A DNA stretch of 64,000 nucleotides, taken from assembly GCA_963733675.1 (NCBI GenBank), contig CAVTET010000004.1, positions 224,001-288,000 on the forward strand, given 5' to 3'. The translations under genes were made by a program, and so were the position numbers. Every line of letters begins with the position of its first letter. Position 1 is the first letter of the stretch. Below the pieces are notes generated by a model that saw only the letters and a list, made by a program, of their open reading frames with translations, made no database searches and had not been told where the DNA came from. This DNA is from an uncultured Methanosarcinaceae archaeon (GTDB taxonomy: Archaea; Halobacteriota; Methanosarcinia; Methanosarcinales; Methanosarcinaceae). This document shows positions 1 to 11,948 of this stretch, piece after piece.

Positions 1-66
1 TAAACTCACTCACTAATTTATAATAGATGAGTGATTATTTGTTTTACCGGGTTGGATAACTACATC

Positions 67-151
67 GGATTTCAATAAACTCCTAAATTTTGTCATATAA
101 TTAGAGGTTATATACAAAATGACCCGTGAAAATAAGAGATTTATTGAAATC
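67..151. repeat. ~88-bp MITE-like dispersed repeat (copy 1)
   Basis: Terminal inverted repeat GATTTCAATAAA...TTTATTGAAATC; interior similar to copies at 14025, 22688, 30718, 54290 and 56455. Confidence 0.7.
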
Positions 152-251
152 TGATGTTTATCGAAATATTATAGAGAATCCGGCTAAAGAAGATATACAA
201 TCTTATGCTCAAAAGCATTAATTCTTCTGAATTTCGCACGAATATGATTAA

Positions 252-1123
252 GAGCCTATCCGAAAAATAATCTACTTTCAATTTAAGATCATGTGTGGTA
301 ATGACAAAACGGAAAATTGTTCAGAACTACGAACTTTCTGAAGATTATTGGACAAAAATAGAACCTTTACTACCTGTACCTCAGCCAAAAAAGAAGTCTT
401 GAAGACCTAGAAAGGGTGATAGGAAAATAATGAGTGGCATTTTCTATCTCCTTTTTACTGTTTGCCAATGGAAAGCATTGCCCCGATTTTATGGAGCTTC
501 AAGCACTGTACATGATCGATTTCAGGAATGGCAACTATCAGGCTTATTTGAGAGCATGTGGCTGGCTGGTCTTGTTGAGTATGATTTCGAAAAAGGATTA
601 GAATGGGAATGATAATCAATTGATGGTGCTATGACAAAAGCACCATTAGGTGGAGCTGGAACAGGAGCCAATCCTACTGATCGTGGCAAAAAAGGTACAA
701 AAAGGATTGTTTTAACTGATGGTAAAGGCATATCACTTTCTGTTGTCTTTGATGGAGCCAATCGTCACGATAAAAAGCTTGTAAAAAGGACTTTAGACGC
801 CATATTCTTTGAAAGACCTTCTCCAGAAGACATAATTCAGAATATATGCATGGATAAGGGTTATGATTTCACCGATATCAGAAAATTGGTTGAAGAATAT
901 GGTTATACTGCGCATATCAAAAGTTGTGGAGAAGAAAACATAAGAAGAGGCATACCTGGTTTTAGGGCAAGAAGATGGGTTGTAGAAAGGACACATTCTT
1001 AGCTGAATAGATTCAAAAGACTCCTTATAAGATGGGAAAAGAAAATTGAAAATTACCTTGCTATCCTACATTTAGCGTGCGCATTGATAACATTCAGATC
1101 AGCAGGACTTTTCAGATAGCCTC
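252..1123 (+). mobile_element. IS5-family insertion sequence, inactive
   Basis: TIRs GAGCCTATCCGAAAA / TTTTCAGATAGCCTC (13/15 match) flanked by a TAA duplication (249-251, 1124-1126); encloses transposase fragments. Confidence 0.85.
301..1119 (+). pseudogene. IS5-family transposase pseudogene
   Basis: Motifs GIFYLLFTVCQWKALP, STVHDRFQEW, NPTDRGKKGTKR, MDKGYD and RRWVVERTHS in one frame, broken by several stop codons. Confidence 0.85.
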
Positions 1124-1545
1124 TAATTAAGAAGGAGTTAGAAGATGCTTCCCAGAAAAAAGAAAACAAGGCAATCTCACGAATTTGCCATAAATTCATA
1201 GTTAAATTTTCACATACTATATGTTTTTAGGATTTTCAACATGTTATTTCCGTTCTCATAACTATTTAAGCGTTGAAATTTTACATGAAAATAAGAATAC
1301 CGACAAAAAAAGTAATCCATGTAAATGTTTAGTTTTTAATTACGTAAATTTTGAGTCCTAAGTTATTAGTATTGTGAAGACGGAAGAATCCTATATACAG
1401 AACAAAAAATGATTTATAGATAAAAGATAAAAGGGACTAAAATCGAGGGAACCGAAAAAGCAAATAAAATGAGCATAAGTGATAAAAAGATAATGAGAGT
1501 ATTGAAGAAAATATGATAAGCCATAAAAACCAATAACGAAAATAT

Positions 1546-2049
1546 ATGACAAATATTCTCATCCGGAAAGCCAAAAAATCAGATACCCAGACGATTGAGA
1601 AGCTTTTATCCACTTACTTTCTTGACATGGAAGATCTTGAGCCAGAAGATTTCTTGCTGTATGAGATAGATGGAAAAATTACAGGATGTATTTCCCTTAT
1701 AAAAACTAAACTTCGTGGGGAAAATATTATGGAGATTCATTCCATTGCAGTCCATCCGAACTTTCGGGGAAAGGGCATCGGAACAAAGTTGGTGAAACGT
1801 CTTCTGAAAAATATAGAGAATAATTCATTCGATTTTTATGCGAGGACAACTGTTCCTAGATTTTTTGAAAAACTTGATTTTGTGAAAATAGAAAATTCTG
1901 AAAAAATTTTTCTCTGGGAAGATTGCAAAAGTTGTGACCATTTTGAGAAATGCACTCAGTATGCGATGAAATATTCTCCCAATCCGGTAAAATTCTACTC
2001 ATCACGAGTTATACAAAAAAGTAATGTTGATGTCAAAAGCGATGAATAA
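1546..2049 (+). CDS. GNAT-family N-acetyltransferase (ArgA-like)
   Basis: Acetyl-CoA motif SIAVHPNFRGKGIG; C-terminal WEDCKSC..C typical of short ArgA-like GNATs. Confidence 0.8.
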   Translation: MTNILIRKAKKSDTQTIEKLLSTYFLDMEDLEPEDFLLYEIDGKITGCISLIKTKLRGENIMEIHSIAVHPNFRGKGIGTKLVKRLLKNIENNSFDFYARTTVPRFFEKLDFVKIENSEKIFLWEDCKSCDHFEKCTQYAMKYSPNPVKFYSSRVIQKSNVDVKSDE

Positions 2050-3479
2050 TTTCCCATATTTAACGGATCAAATTTACAAGCTCTAAATATTTAGGAAAAA
2101 TTCGTGGACTGTGAATAATGCTGAAAGAGAATGAAATTTTTTTGATAAAGGTTTTGAGTTCACAAAACTTGAGTATCATCGAAATCTTCAAGCAAACAGA
2201 TTTTGAAGGAAAAATGTCAGAAATACATCCAGCTGGAAAGTTTCCCAAAATCACAGAAACTCTCCGAAAGAGAAAAACAAGCTTTATCTTTTAAAATTCG
2301 TTCCCCAGATATGCATATAAGAATGCCATATATTTTCAATATGACAGTAGCTTATTTGATCTAACTTTTAATGAATAAGAGTGGCCAAATGGACAAACAA
2401 GTTATATATCTGCGTACATTAGCACACATCTTTGGATCTCTGTGCACATTTGTGGATATCTGCGAAATGTAGAATTGAAGGTATTTAAAAACTGTTCTAC
2501 AAGAAGTAGTTGTCCCTATGGAGTAATCACTGGAAAAAAAATATCTATACAGACCAGATAAAAGTTTAGATATACAAAGGCTACGGAGTCTATAAAAAAT
2601 TTTACCCTCATGGCATTATAAAAGGTAGCTCTTGTTCGTAATCAGTCCGTTTTGGAGAGTCTTAAAAGTCTTACAGCTTTAGTAATCCAGGTAAATACAT
2701 GTGTTTTTTGTCTTAAAACCTATACATTAGTTAAACCAATGAATTCTTTTTTATCGCGAAAAGAAAGGATAAAGAATCAATCAAATTTTACAGAACTTTC
2801 GATGTACTGACGAACATCTAAATTTATATGCTTCTTAAACTTTAATTAGATATGATCTGCTATTAGAAATAGCATCCCTCCTTCGAAGGATATGCTACTA
2901 TATTGTAGAACACTCCCCATCACAGCATCTCTTACAAACTCTTAGATGAAGCAAAATTTGTGATATGAGCACATCGCATTAGATTCATATTCAAACTGGC
3001 CAGCATACTTAAATGTTTAGTCGATTAATTCTGGACAACTCTGTACCTTTTGTTTTCACAACAAAAAACAGAATTCATCGTTTTTACTGATGTATATATT
3101 TTGTGTCAAAACTTATGTATTTGTGAATCACTATAGCTGCAAGACTTATAAAGCACTCTAAGGTCAACTTATAAGGAATAAAAGTTATGTTTTATGGATA
3201 AAATTAGCTATTTTCCAGTTTAAACAGTGTGTCTAATATTTCTATACAAAATTTCATGATATTAGTAACTTTACAGAAAAATCGACACATTAACGCAATA
3301 ATTTTAAGTCTTGAAGCACAAAGGACAAAAATTTATTCCTGCTCCATCAGCAATAATAATAATCCATTTTACATGCATTTATCCTCTTTCTGAAGAAAAA
3401 TTGTGTATTCACTTACCAAGATTACCTGAGTAATTACCTTTTTTCTACCCTTTTATCTCAAGTTTCATTTTTTAACGAC

Positions 3480-4484
3480 TTATTTTTGCTTTCCTATTTC
3501 GATTTGTTTGAAAATTTCCTTTACAAAATTTTCTTTAGAATACAGATAAAAAGAAGCCGGAAGCCCGGTATTTGAGATCATATAGAGTAAGTTCATAGCT
3601 GTCCTGTTAAGTATCGGGTAGCAGTTTAAAAGAGAGCTCCTTGATATCCTCACCATTGCATCCAGAGATTTTATCCCTGTAAGGTAACTTTTTATACCCA
3701 TACTTCTCTGACTTTTTTCAAAAATCAGATCTATCCATGTATTCATCTCATCGATCAGAAGTTCCCTCGTAAGGTCTTCGGTAACTATGTAACTTTTCCC
3801 ATTTTTGATATTTTTGAAGAACTCTCCAAAATTATCACCCTTTGCAAGAGTGTAAACCTGTCCGAGCTTTCCTGAATGAGTGTCTGTTGTCGCAGCAATG
3901 CCTTTGTTGAATCTTTCAGCAAGAGAAATTGTAAGTTCATTTTTCGTCTTTAGCTCATGCATGTTATACTCAAGTACAGGAAAAAACTTTGCCAGCCTTA
4001 GTACTGCAGATGGTTTAGGTTCCTGATGAAAGTCGAACCAGAAAGGATGATTATACATAAAAGGCAATCTTCGATTCTTGAGGTATCTAACAAAACTTTT
4101 CAAATCTCGTTCTACTTCGGCGATTTCTCGAAGCTCGAAGAAATCCTCCCTATCAAGCTCAAAAACGTTGACATGCAGCTCGTGTCCTGCAAATTTCGGG
4201 TCAGCAACACTCATTTCAACTCCTGAAACAAGCTTTTCCCGATCCCATCCAAGAATCTCGTATGCCCCTATGGTATCGTGGTCTGTAAATATAATGTAAT
4301 CCATTCCCATCCCAAGGGCCTTCTCATAAAGACTCTCTGGATGCAGATTCTTTGCAGGAAGCACATCAAAGGAGCAGGTAGTATGCACGTGCAGGTCTGC
4401 TCGCCTCCAGCCCTCTTCTATAAGTTCCTCTGCACGGTCCGAAGTTATTAGCTTCTCTTCGTAATTTCTATTTCTTCTCCCCAT
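3480..4484 (-). CDS. PHP-domain metal-dependent phosphoesterase
   Basis: DLHVHT, TDHD, HP and TDTH metal-binding motifs. Confidence 0.8.
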   Translation of the reverse strand: MGRRNRNYEEKLITSDRAEELIEEGWRRADLHVHTTCSFDVLPAKNLHPESLYEKALGMGMDYIIFTDHDTIGAYEILGWDREKLVSGVEMSVADPKFAGHELHVNVFELDREDFFELREIAEVERDLKSFVRYLKNRRLPFMYNHPFWFDFHQEPKPSAVLRLAKFFPVLEYNMHELKTKNELTISLAERFNKGIAATTDTHSGKLGQVYTLAKGDNFGEFFKNIKNGKSYIVTEDLTRELLIDEMNTWIDLIFEKSQRSMGIKSYLTGIKSLDAMVRISRSSLLNCYPILNRTAMNLLYMISNTGLPASFYLYSKENFVKEIFKQIEIGKQK

Positions 4485-4867
4485 AGGTGTTAATCCATCG
4501 ATTTCAATTTTTTTGGATTATTTAAAATAGGTTTAAATTTTTTCCCAGTATAATATATCCTTTTTTAGATTAAGGTTTTTACGGAAAACTTTTAGGAGTA
4601 TTTAAAAGTTATCCAACTCCTATAGCGATTTTTTAAGCTTTTTTCTTGTTTTAGAATCATATACACGTTTTTCCTGGCCCATTATACCATATTTATAAAT
4701 ATTCAGAAATTGCATCGTTTTTTTATAAAAAAGTTATAAAATATTGATCAATTTAGAAGCTGAGGAATATCATCTACATAACTTTTGAAGACGAGTCAGA
4801 ACAAAAAAGAGACTAATGTTGAAGGTATATAATGGAGCTTTTTGATTAAAAGCAATGTTTATCCGAG

Positions 4868-5326
4868 CCTTGACAAGTGGGTAAAAATAAGTATTTTCTT
4901 ATGTGAGATTCTGTCAAATGCATACAAAAATAAAACGGAGAACATCTCCCATAATTTCTGAAAAAATATATTTTTTCCTATCATATCTATTCTTGCTGTT
5001 CAATCTTTTCATGAAGAAATTAATTTTTGTGAAACTTTAGCAAGTATAAAGAAAAGTTTTGTGTCTCAATAACTTATTGATAATTTTGTTGAACCATAAG
5101 CTCACAGGTAATTTTAGCATCGAAGAAGTTGGAAAATCTTTGAATTAATAAAAAATGATCTACACCTAAATCTTGAAATATTCAATGAAAGAGTTCTTTA
5201 CAAAATTCTTGAAATTTTAGGAAATAACAACGGGAGAATTCTCTCTGATATTCTGAGCAGTCTATTTTCTTTTTATGATATAAAAAAGCTGATCTAAACT
5301 TGTACTAGACGAGTATACTCTTTACT
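4868..5326 (+). pseudogene. Degenerate IS1634-like transposase 5' fragment
   Basis: Broken frames read MHTKIKRRTSPII..., HKLTGNFSIEEVGK, LNLEIFNERVLYKILEILG, which resemble Methanosarcina IS1634-type transposase N-termini (recognised from memory). Confidence 0.55.
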
Positions 5327-5639
5327 ATACTATATACCAATTAGAAAAATAATGATATAGTATCACACAGTATAACTAATTTTAATAAACGTCTCTAAAT
5401 TTCAGTATTAAAGAGTTTAAGTCTCTTAGCATTAATTTTAATTCATCCAAAATTTCACTAATTTTGCTCTTAAAAAACAGTAGGAACTTCTTCAATTAAT
5501 AATGGACAAATTTGATGAAATTGATCCCTTAATCGATTGAAAATATTTTCGGATCATTTTTTAATCCATTATACTTAACAAAACCGTTCTTCACTAAATT
5601 ATTTGTATTTTAAGCTACTTTTCCACTATAAAAGGGAAC

Positions 5640-6140
5640 TAATTCATGCAAAATATGGTATATGTAGAACAAGATCTCATATGTTTTTTGCATTAATTAT
5701 CGGGGGAAAATTTTCTTAGAAAATAAATCATCAATTATTTCAAATTAGTATGCCTTAAAATTGGTACAAAATACTGTGTTTGAGTTTGATGCAATAGATA
5801 TTGATGATGATCATCTACATCTGTTCGTTTGTGCTGAACCAAAAGATTCTCCTCCAAGAGTGAAGCAAATTATAAAAAATATGACAGCAAGAAAAATGTT
5901 TAATAATACTCTAAAATCAAAAAAAATATTTGGTAGTGAATTGTGGAGTAAAGGAGGGTATATTGGAACCTTAGGTGATGGTAAGACTTTCAATTTCATT
6001 AAAAACAATATTGAAATCAGGGAAATTAATAAGAAAAAAAATCATATAAGCGAATGAAAGTATTTGATTTTGAATAATCTCTTCATGTCCAGGACGGTGG
6101 CGTGAACATACCCAGTTGCTTGCAGCGGGGAGCACAATCG
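5640..6140 (+). pseudogene. IS200/IS605 tnpA (HUH/Y1 transposase) remnant with terminal hairpin
   Basis: DDDHLHLF (HUH motif), ELWSKGGYIGT; downstream GC hairpin CCCAGTTGCTTGCAGCGGGG. Confidence 0.75.
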
Positions 6141-6501
6141 CAAATACGAGTTTTTATTGTGGGATACGCAGGTAATTATTGGAAAAATAATACAGTTGAT
6201 CAAAGTTTATTCTAAGATATGCCTCAACCAGCTAATTTAGCACGACTGAAATATATGGAATGTTAAATTCAAAAAAGCTAAAATGCAGTAAAATATATCT
6301 ATTAAAAATTTAAAAAGAGCATTATATATATTTATCACAAAATTGATTTATCTTATTAGATCCTGACTTCAATATTCAAATAGATTCTCATTCAAAATGC
6401 AGAACTTATCTTACCACTTATCTCTGTCACATTTTAAGTTCCGCTTCAGAAAATATGATTTTACAGCTAAATTCCTTTCAACACCATTCAGCAGTATACA
6501 G

Positions 6502-7641
6502 ATGGAGCAAGTTCCCTTGACCGATAATGAAATCTTACTCTGGGATGAAACATTATTTAAAGACCTTTCCGTGCTTGAGCCTGACTATCTACCCGAATAT
6601 TTCCCTCATAGAGATTCACAATTGGATGCACTCAAGTTCGCTCTTAGGCCAGCTCTGCGCAGCATGCGTCCTTTGAATTGTTTGCTTGTAGGCCCTCCTG
6701 GCACAGGAAAGACCAGCGCGATTATGAAAATTTTTAAAGAAGTCGATGTCTACGCCCCCAATGTGGTTGTTGTAAAAGTTAATTGCCAGATTGATTCCAC
6801 ACGCTTTGCAGTAATCTCGAGAATTTACAGGAAAATTTATGGGATTTCACCGCCTAATTCTGGAATTGCATTTCGGAAAATCTTTGAAAATGTTGTTAAT
6901 TTCCTTATTTCTTCAGAAAAGATTTTGCTTGTTGCTCTTGATGACCTCAATTATCTTTGCTATGAAGGAGGGCACACCAATGAAGTTATGTATTCCCTAT
7001 TGAGGGCTCATGAACAGTATCCTGGGGTTAAAATAGGTGTAACCGGAATTGTGAATGATACTTCTGACCTATATTGTATAGATTCCAGGGTGAATTCAAT
7101 TTTTTTGCCAGAAGAGATATCTTTCCCGAAGTACGAGAATGCGGAAATTTATGATATTCTTAAGAACAGGATAAAGTATGGATTCTACCCAAAGGTAATT
7201 TCTGATGAATTACTGAAACTTGTTGTCTCGTATGTGGAAAAGACAGGAGACCTCAGAATTGGAATAGATCTTCTTAAGCGTTCCGGTTTTAATGCCGAAC
7301 GCAGGGGAAACCGTATGATTTCCCCTGAAGATGTAGAAAAAGCATATGAAGCATCAAAACTGCTCCATCTTTGCAGGGGCATAAGTCTCCTGTCATATCC
7401 TGAAAAACGTTTACTCGAGTTAATAGCAAGAACAGGAGAGATTCAGGCCGGTGAGCTCTACAAGTCCTTCCATGAACTGCTGCATCTAGGATATACTCGT
7501 TTTTACGGAATTGTTAACAGGCTCCAGGTGCTTAACTACGTGGATGCGGATTTTTCTGGTAAGGGTCAGAGAGGCAGAACCCGGATCATAAAAACAAAGT
7601 ATGAGACTGAGGATATAATTAACTGCCTCGAAAAGAGCTGA
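6502..7641 (+). CDS. cdc6: Orc1/Cdc6-type replication initiation protein
   Basis: Walker A GPPGTGKT, Walker B variant VALDDLNY, GDLRIGIDLL, C-terminal wHTH; start at M36 of the ORF is more plausible than 6397. Confidence 0.93.
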   Translation: MEQVPLTDNEILLWDETLFKDLSVLEPDYLPEYFPHRDSQLDALKFALRPALRSMRPLNCLLVGPPGTGKTSAIMKIFKEVDVYAPNVVVVKVNCQIDSTRFAVISRIYRKIYGISPPNSGIAFRKIFENVVNFLISSEKILLVALDDLNYLCYEGGHTNEVMYSLLRAHEQYPGVKIGVTGIVNDTSDLYCIDSRVNSIFLPEEISFPKYENAEIYDILKNRIKYGFYPKVISDELLKLVVSYVEKTGDLRIGIDLLKRSGFNAERRGNRMISPEDVEKAYEASKLLHLCRGISLLSYPEKRLLELIARTGEIQAGELYKSFHELLHLGYTRFYGIVNRLQVLNYVDADFSGKGQRGRTRIIKTKYETEDIINCLEKS

Positions 7642-7759
7642 ATATATATTTCTAATTCTCATAAATATATGAAAATCTTGAAAAAAGAGATTTACATGGA
7701 TTTTTGGTGAGAAGCTAGAAAAATTATTCTCCAGACTTTAATTTTTTGATGATAATGTT

Positions 7760-7789
7760 AAAAGGCACAGCTTGAAAGCTGTGCCTTTT
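7760..7789. terminator. Bidirectional hairpin between convergent cdc6 and ths
   Basis: AAAAGGCACAGCTT-GA-AAGCTGTGCCTTTT, a perfect 14-bp inverted repeat. Confidence 0.65.
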
Positions 7790-7829
7790 CCTAATTAGCC
7801 CGAATTAATCTTGGGATTTATTTTAGGAA

Positions 7830-9497
7830 TTACATCATTCCTGGAGGCATTCCCCCCATTCCCGGAGGCATTCCCCCCATTCCCGGAGGCATTCCCCCCA
7901 TTCCTTCTTCTGGGCCAGGTGCTGTACGAGTAGAAGCTATGACATCGTCGATCCTTAGGATCATAACTGCAGACTCGGTGGCGGCATTAATTACCTGGGT
8001 CTTGACTCTGAGAGGTTCAACTACAAAGTCTTCCCACATGTCAACAACCTTACCTTCGAAAACGTTAAGCCCTGCGGTTTTAACTCCCTTTTCATGTTGG
8101 GAACGAAGCTCCATGAGCATGTCAATGGGATCGAGTCCGGCATTTTCTGCAAGAGTTCTTGGGATAACTTCGAGAGCTTCAGCATAGGCCTTTACTGCAA
8201 GCTGTTCTCTGCCTTCAAGGGTTGCTGCATATTCCTGGAGCCTTAATGCAACTTCAACTTCAGGAGAGCCGCCGCCTGCAACGAGCTTGCCATCCTCAAT
8301 TGCAACTGCCACCACACGAAGTGCATCTTCAAGAGCACTGTTTATACTTTCAACCACATGTTCTGTGCCACCACGCAGCAGGATGCTTACAGCCTTTGGG
8401 TTGTGGCAACCTGTGACAAAGGTCATGTGGTCGCCTCCAACCTTCTTCTCCTCTACGAGTCCTGCATATCCAAGGTCTTCAGGAGCGACCTCATCTAGGT
8501 TAGTAATGAGTTTGCCACCTGTTGCTCTTGCAAGCTTTTCCATATCGCTTTTTTTAACCCTTCGAACAGCAAAAATTCCTGCCTTTGCAAGGTAGTGCTG
8601 GCCAAGATCTTCAATCCCCTTCTGACAAAAGACAACAGTTGTCTTGCTATCGATAACCTTCTGAATCATTTTTTTTAACATCTGCTCTTCCTGGTCGAGG
8701 AAAGACTGAAGCTGGTCAGGAGAGGTTATAGATATTTCCGCATCTACTTCAGTGTCCTTGAGTTCGATTGCGGTATTAAGGAGCATGATCTTTGCATCCT
8801 TAACCTTTTGAGGCATATTGGGGTGGATTCTTTCCTTATCAATGATCATGCCCTGAATAAGTTCGGAGTCTTCCACCTTGCCACCGACCTTCTTAACAAC
8901 ATTGATATTTTCTTTATCAATAATGTTCTTTCCGTTTGTGTCTGTGTCAACAATGCTTGTGACAGCATCAACTGAAATTTTAGAGAGAAGCTTTTTGGAG
9001 AACTCTGCAGCCTTTCCAGTCATTGCAGTTTCAGAGATGCTGATTAGCAGGTTTCGGTCAGAAAGTATTACTGGCATTGCCAAGGAATTAAGAACTTCCA
9101 CGGCTTTTTCGGCTGCAAGCCTGTACCCTGATGCAATAATCGTCGGATGGATTTCCTGCTCGATTAAGTCTTCAGCTTTCTTCAAGAGTTCACCTGCGAC
9201 TACAGCGGCACTGGTAGTACCGTCTCCGACTTGTTCATCCTGGGTTTTAGCTACCTCTACTACCATCTTTGCTGCGGGGTGTTCGATGTCCATTTCTTTG
9301 AGAATGGTTGCTCCATCATTTGTAATGACCACATCTCCCATTGAATCAACGAGCATTTTGTCCATACCCTTGGGGCCTAGGGTTGTTCTGACCGCTTCAG
9401 CTACTGCCTTTGCAGCCATTATGTTGTTACTTTGGGCATCCCTGCCTCTAGTTCGCTTACTTCCTTCTTTTAAAATGAATATTGGCTGTCCTGCCAC
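7830..9497 (-). CDS. ths: Thermosome (group II chaperonin) subunit
   Basis: [24 protein letters not shown] motifs; Gly/Met/Pro tail; GTG start. Confidence 0.97.
   Translation of the reverse strand: MAGQPIFILKEGSKRTRGRDAQSNNIMAAKAVAEAVRTTLGPKGMDKMLVDSMGDVVITNDGATILKEMDIEHPAAKMVVEVAKTQDEQVGDGTTSAAVVAGELLKKAEDLIEQEIHPTIIASGYRLAAEKAVEVLNSLAMPVILSDRNLLISISETAMTGKAAEFSKKLLSKISVDAVTSIVDTDTNGKNIIDKENINVVKKVGGKVEDSELIQGMIIDKERIHPNMPQKVKDAKIMLLNTAIELKDTEVDAEISITSPDQLQSFLDQEEQMLKKMIQKVIDSKTTVVFCQKGIEDLGQHYLAKAGIFAVRRVKKSDMEKLARATGGKLITNLDEVAPEDLGYAGLVEEKKVGGDHMTFVTGCHNPKAVSILLRGGTEHVVESINSALEDALRVVAVAIEDGKLVAGGGSPEVEVALRLQEYAATLEGREQLAVKAYAEALEVIPRTLAENAGLDPIDMLMELRSQHEKGVKTAGLNVFEGKVVDMWEDFVVEPLRVKTQVINAATESAVMILRIDDVIASTRTAPGPEEGMGGMPPGMGGMPPGMGGMPPGMM
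7835..7902 (-). repeat. 21-bp tandem repeat x3 encoding (GGMPPGM)n thermosome tail
   Basis: ATTCC(T/C)GGAGGCATTCCCCCC repeated three times. Confidence 0.9.
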
Positions 9498-10284
9498 TAT
9501 TTACTCCTCCATTAATGTGAGTTTGGAATAGCTCTTGAATTAGAATCGCAGTTTACATGTTTGTACTTCTATATAAATTCATCCCATTGATAACCTTGGT
9601 ATCTAGGGATTTTTGGGATTGATTTTCTAAAAGGACAGATCGATAAATCAGTTTTGCACCAATTTTTTCGCAGAATTTTGAAGTGCTGGCTATAAACAAG
9701 CCAGATTAAAAAAATTTAACTTTTACTTCATGATTTTTGTTGATATTTATGTTTTTTCTGGAAGTATTGATACTCATCAATAAACTAAAACTATTAATTA
9801 ACTGGAACTATACTTCTCCCACATAACCAGTGAATTGAAAATAAAAACCGAGAACGATTTAAATTAAATTAAGAGGTTTACTATTTACGAATTTTGTCAG
9901 TTTCGAAACAATTACTCTAAATTATAAAAGTGTCGAAAAAATATTCAAAATAATGAATTCATAGATTATGACAAGAACAATGACTCAACTTTCGGTATAG
10001 ACACAGCCAGTTTACTTTCTTATCTTCTGGATTGGGGAGTATCGTTGATATGATAACTTTACCTGATCAGTAGTCCAGATTTAATTTAGTTCCAGATTTA
10101 TTTGAGACCAGTAACTGTAGCCCAGAAAATTACCGGCACTTTTAATACCGCATAGATCCGCTTAGAATTCGTGAAAATAAATTATTTAATAGAAGGATAA
10201 TAATTTTCTAAAAACAGATTTGAGATAAACTGAAAAAAAGAACCTATTAGCAATTGTGTAAAGCAGATGTCAGCCATAAAAAAG

Positions 10285-10923
10285 TCAGCACTCCAGCACT
10301 TCATGAATCAATTTCATTGCCTTTTTCTCATTTTCACCCCCACACTTGGAAGCTAAATTTCCATAATGCTGGATCAATTCAAGGTATTTTTTGTCACCTG
10401 AGAGCTGGTAGCGGGTTGCATGAACAGTGGCCTCAAGCACTGCATTGAATCCTCTGTTTGGAACCAGAATATTTTTTTTTTTCACATCATTAAGACCTGT
10501 ATCCATGGGAATAAGATCTGCTACCAGGATCTGATCTGTGTTCATAATATTAATGCATTTGAAAATGATCCAAGCTGCAGCTTCTTTCAGGATAGGAAAA
10601 TTGAGCTTATGAGTAGTCACATAGTCAAACTCGAAAAGTTCAAGGTCGAAAAAAGTTGAACGTACAAAAAGGAGAGGATTGTAAATTACGTTTGCTGCCA
10701 TATATCCTTCTTTAAGAACGTTTGCCCAAGTATGGCTGCCTCTGAAAAGTCTGACATAATATCTCCCATCTTTCACGATTATTCCGATTGGTGCAGCATT
10801 AGGACATTTCAGACCTGTGCTTACAATTGTTTCGGAAATCCCTTCCAGGATCCCGAATGCGGAAATATCTACAGTGGAAAAGTTACTTCCATACTTTGTA
10901 TAGTCAGAGGAAAGTTTGGTCAA
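10285..10923 (-). CDS. DUF447-family protein (split-barrel fold)
   Basis: ISETIVST, PNAAPIGI, NRGFNAVLEATVHATR motifs; overlaps the citG stop. Confidence 0.8.
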   Translation of the reverse strand: MTKLSSDYTKYGSNFSTVDISAFGILEGISETIVSTGLKCPNAAPIGIIVKDGRYYVRLFRGSHTWANVLKEGYMAANVIYNPLLFVRSTFFDLELFEFDYVTTHKLNFPILKEAAAWIIFKCINIMNTDQILVADLIPMDTGLNDVKKKNILVPNRGFNAVLEATVHATRYQLSGDKKYLELIQHYGNLASKCGGENEKKAMKLIHEVLEC

Positions 10924-11948
10924 AAGCGCAGTCCTCCCAAAAGAGCAATGAAAATTCCGGCAATAACGATGTCAGCTGTTGAACCTGGATTGATTCTCTT
11001 TTTAAGAAGTTCGAGGTCAAATTCCTTTACTGCAGGAAGTATAGATGCAAAGTCTATGATCCTATTATCTGAAGGCTTTTCATAGGCCAGTAGAATTTCA
11101 CATGCCCTGGATGAGACGTAATCTGCAGTAACTTTATCAAATTTAGTCTGGATAAAAGTATCCCTGTGCTTGGAAAGCAATTTCAAAAAGGCATATACTA
11201 TAGCTTCGTTGATATCTGAGTGTGAACAATTCAAAACCGAGTATTCTACTCTTGAATTTCGGGATTGCATGAACTTTGTTATACTATTTGCTCCTTCAAG
11301 GCAGCAACCGAATCCTGACACCCATTCACCTGCAATCATATCATATCTTTCGGCCATCCCCATGAGCTCATAAAGCGTAACTTTTTGTCCCCTGAGTTTG
11401 ACAGTTGATTCGGAATCTCCAAGGCTAAATTCATCCACACTGTTTACCCTGACTCCTGCCATATTGAATGCCCTATAAAATTCGACCGCATCCTCACAGT
11501 CTGTTGCCCTGACAAAAAAATGTGCACGTGAAGCAAGATTTTCAAATTCTTCTGGTGAAAGCTTACAACGGACTTTCCCGCATGAATGTAATAATTCTCC
11601 CGCAGCCATTGAAAGGGGAATCAGTAATAGAAAAGCTCCAAAATGAGTATTGCCCCCCTGTTGCCAGGCAGAACTCTCACAAACTGCACTTCTGAAAAGT
11701 GCCCCTATTCCACTCTTGCTTCTTGCAGCCATTTCAATTGCAGGATAAACACTCACTGAAGAAGCTATAAAATGCTCAAAACAAGTATCAGGATAATTAT
11801 GTTCCCTATCTACATTACCTGGCTTGGGAGAAGCAGAGACCTCCAGTAGCATAGCAAGCTGAGCACAACGAGCAATAAAATTTATGATCTGTGGGTCCCC
11901 CGCCCCTTTAGGCATGGGACAGGAAAAATCATTATTAATGAGACTCAT
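10920..11948 (-). CDS. citG: Triphosphoribosyl-dephospho-CoA synthase (CitG family)
   Basis: LLEVSASPKPGNVDR, GGNTHFG, NPGSTAD motifs. Confidence 0.85.
   Translation of the reverse strand: MSLINNDFSCPMPKGAGDPQIINFIARCAQLAMLLEVSASPKPGNVDREHNYPDTCFEHFIASSVSVYPAIEMAARSKSGIGALFRSAVCESSAWQQGGNTHFGAFLLLIPLSMAAGELLHSCGKVRCKLSPEEFENLASRAHFFVRATDCEDAVEFYRAFNMAGVRVNSVDEFSLGDSESTVKLRGQKVTLYELMGMAERYDMIAGEWVSGFGCCLEGANSITKFMQSRNSRVEYSVLNCSHSDINEAIVYAFLKLLSKHRDTFIQTKFDKVTADYVSSRACEILLAYEKPSDNRIIDFASILPAVKEFDLELLKKRINPGSTADIVIAGIFIALLGGLRF

Noticed and set aside
1000-1002. Pyrrolysine read-through of the TAG in the IS5 transposase
   Set aside because: The same gene also has TGA and TAA stops; a TGG-to-TAG mutation in a pseudogene explains it.
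5300-6500. Replication origin upstream of cdc6
   Set aside because: AT-rich, but I found no repeated ORB-like boxes (TCCA.TGGAAA plus G-string); the region is largely IS debris.
7939-9531. Plus-strand ORFs inside the thermosome gene, and similar antisense ORFs across hdrD, hemL, hemC and cysK
   Set aside because: Shadow frames of well-conserved genes with no recognisable motifs.
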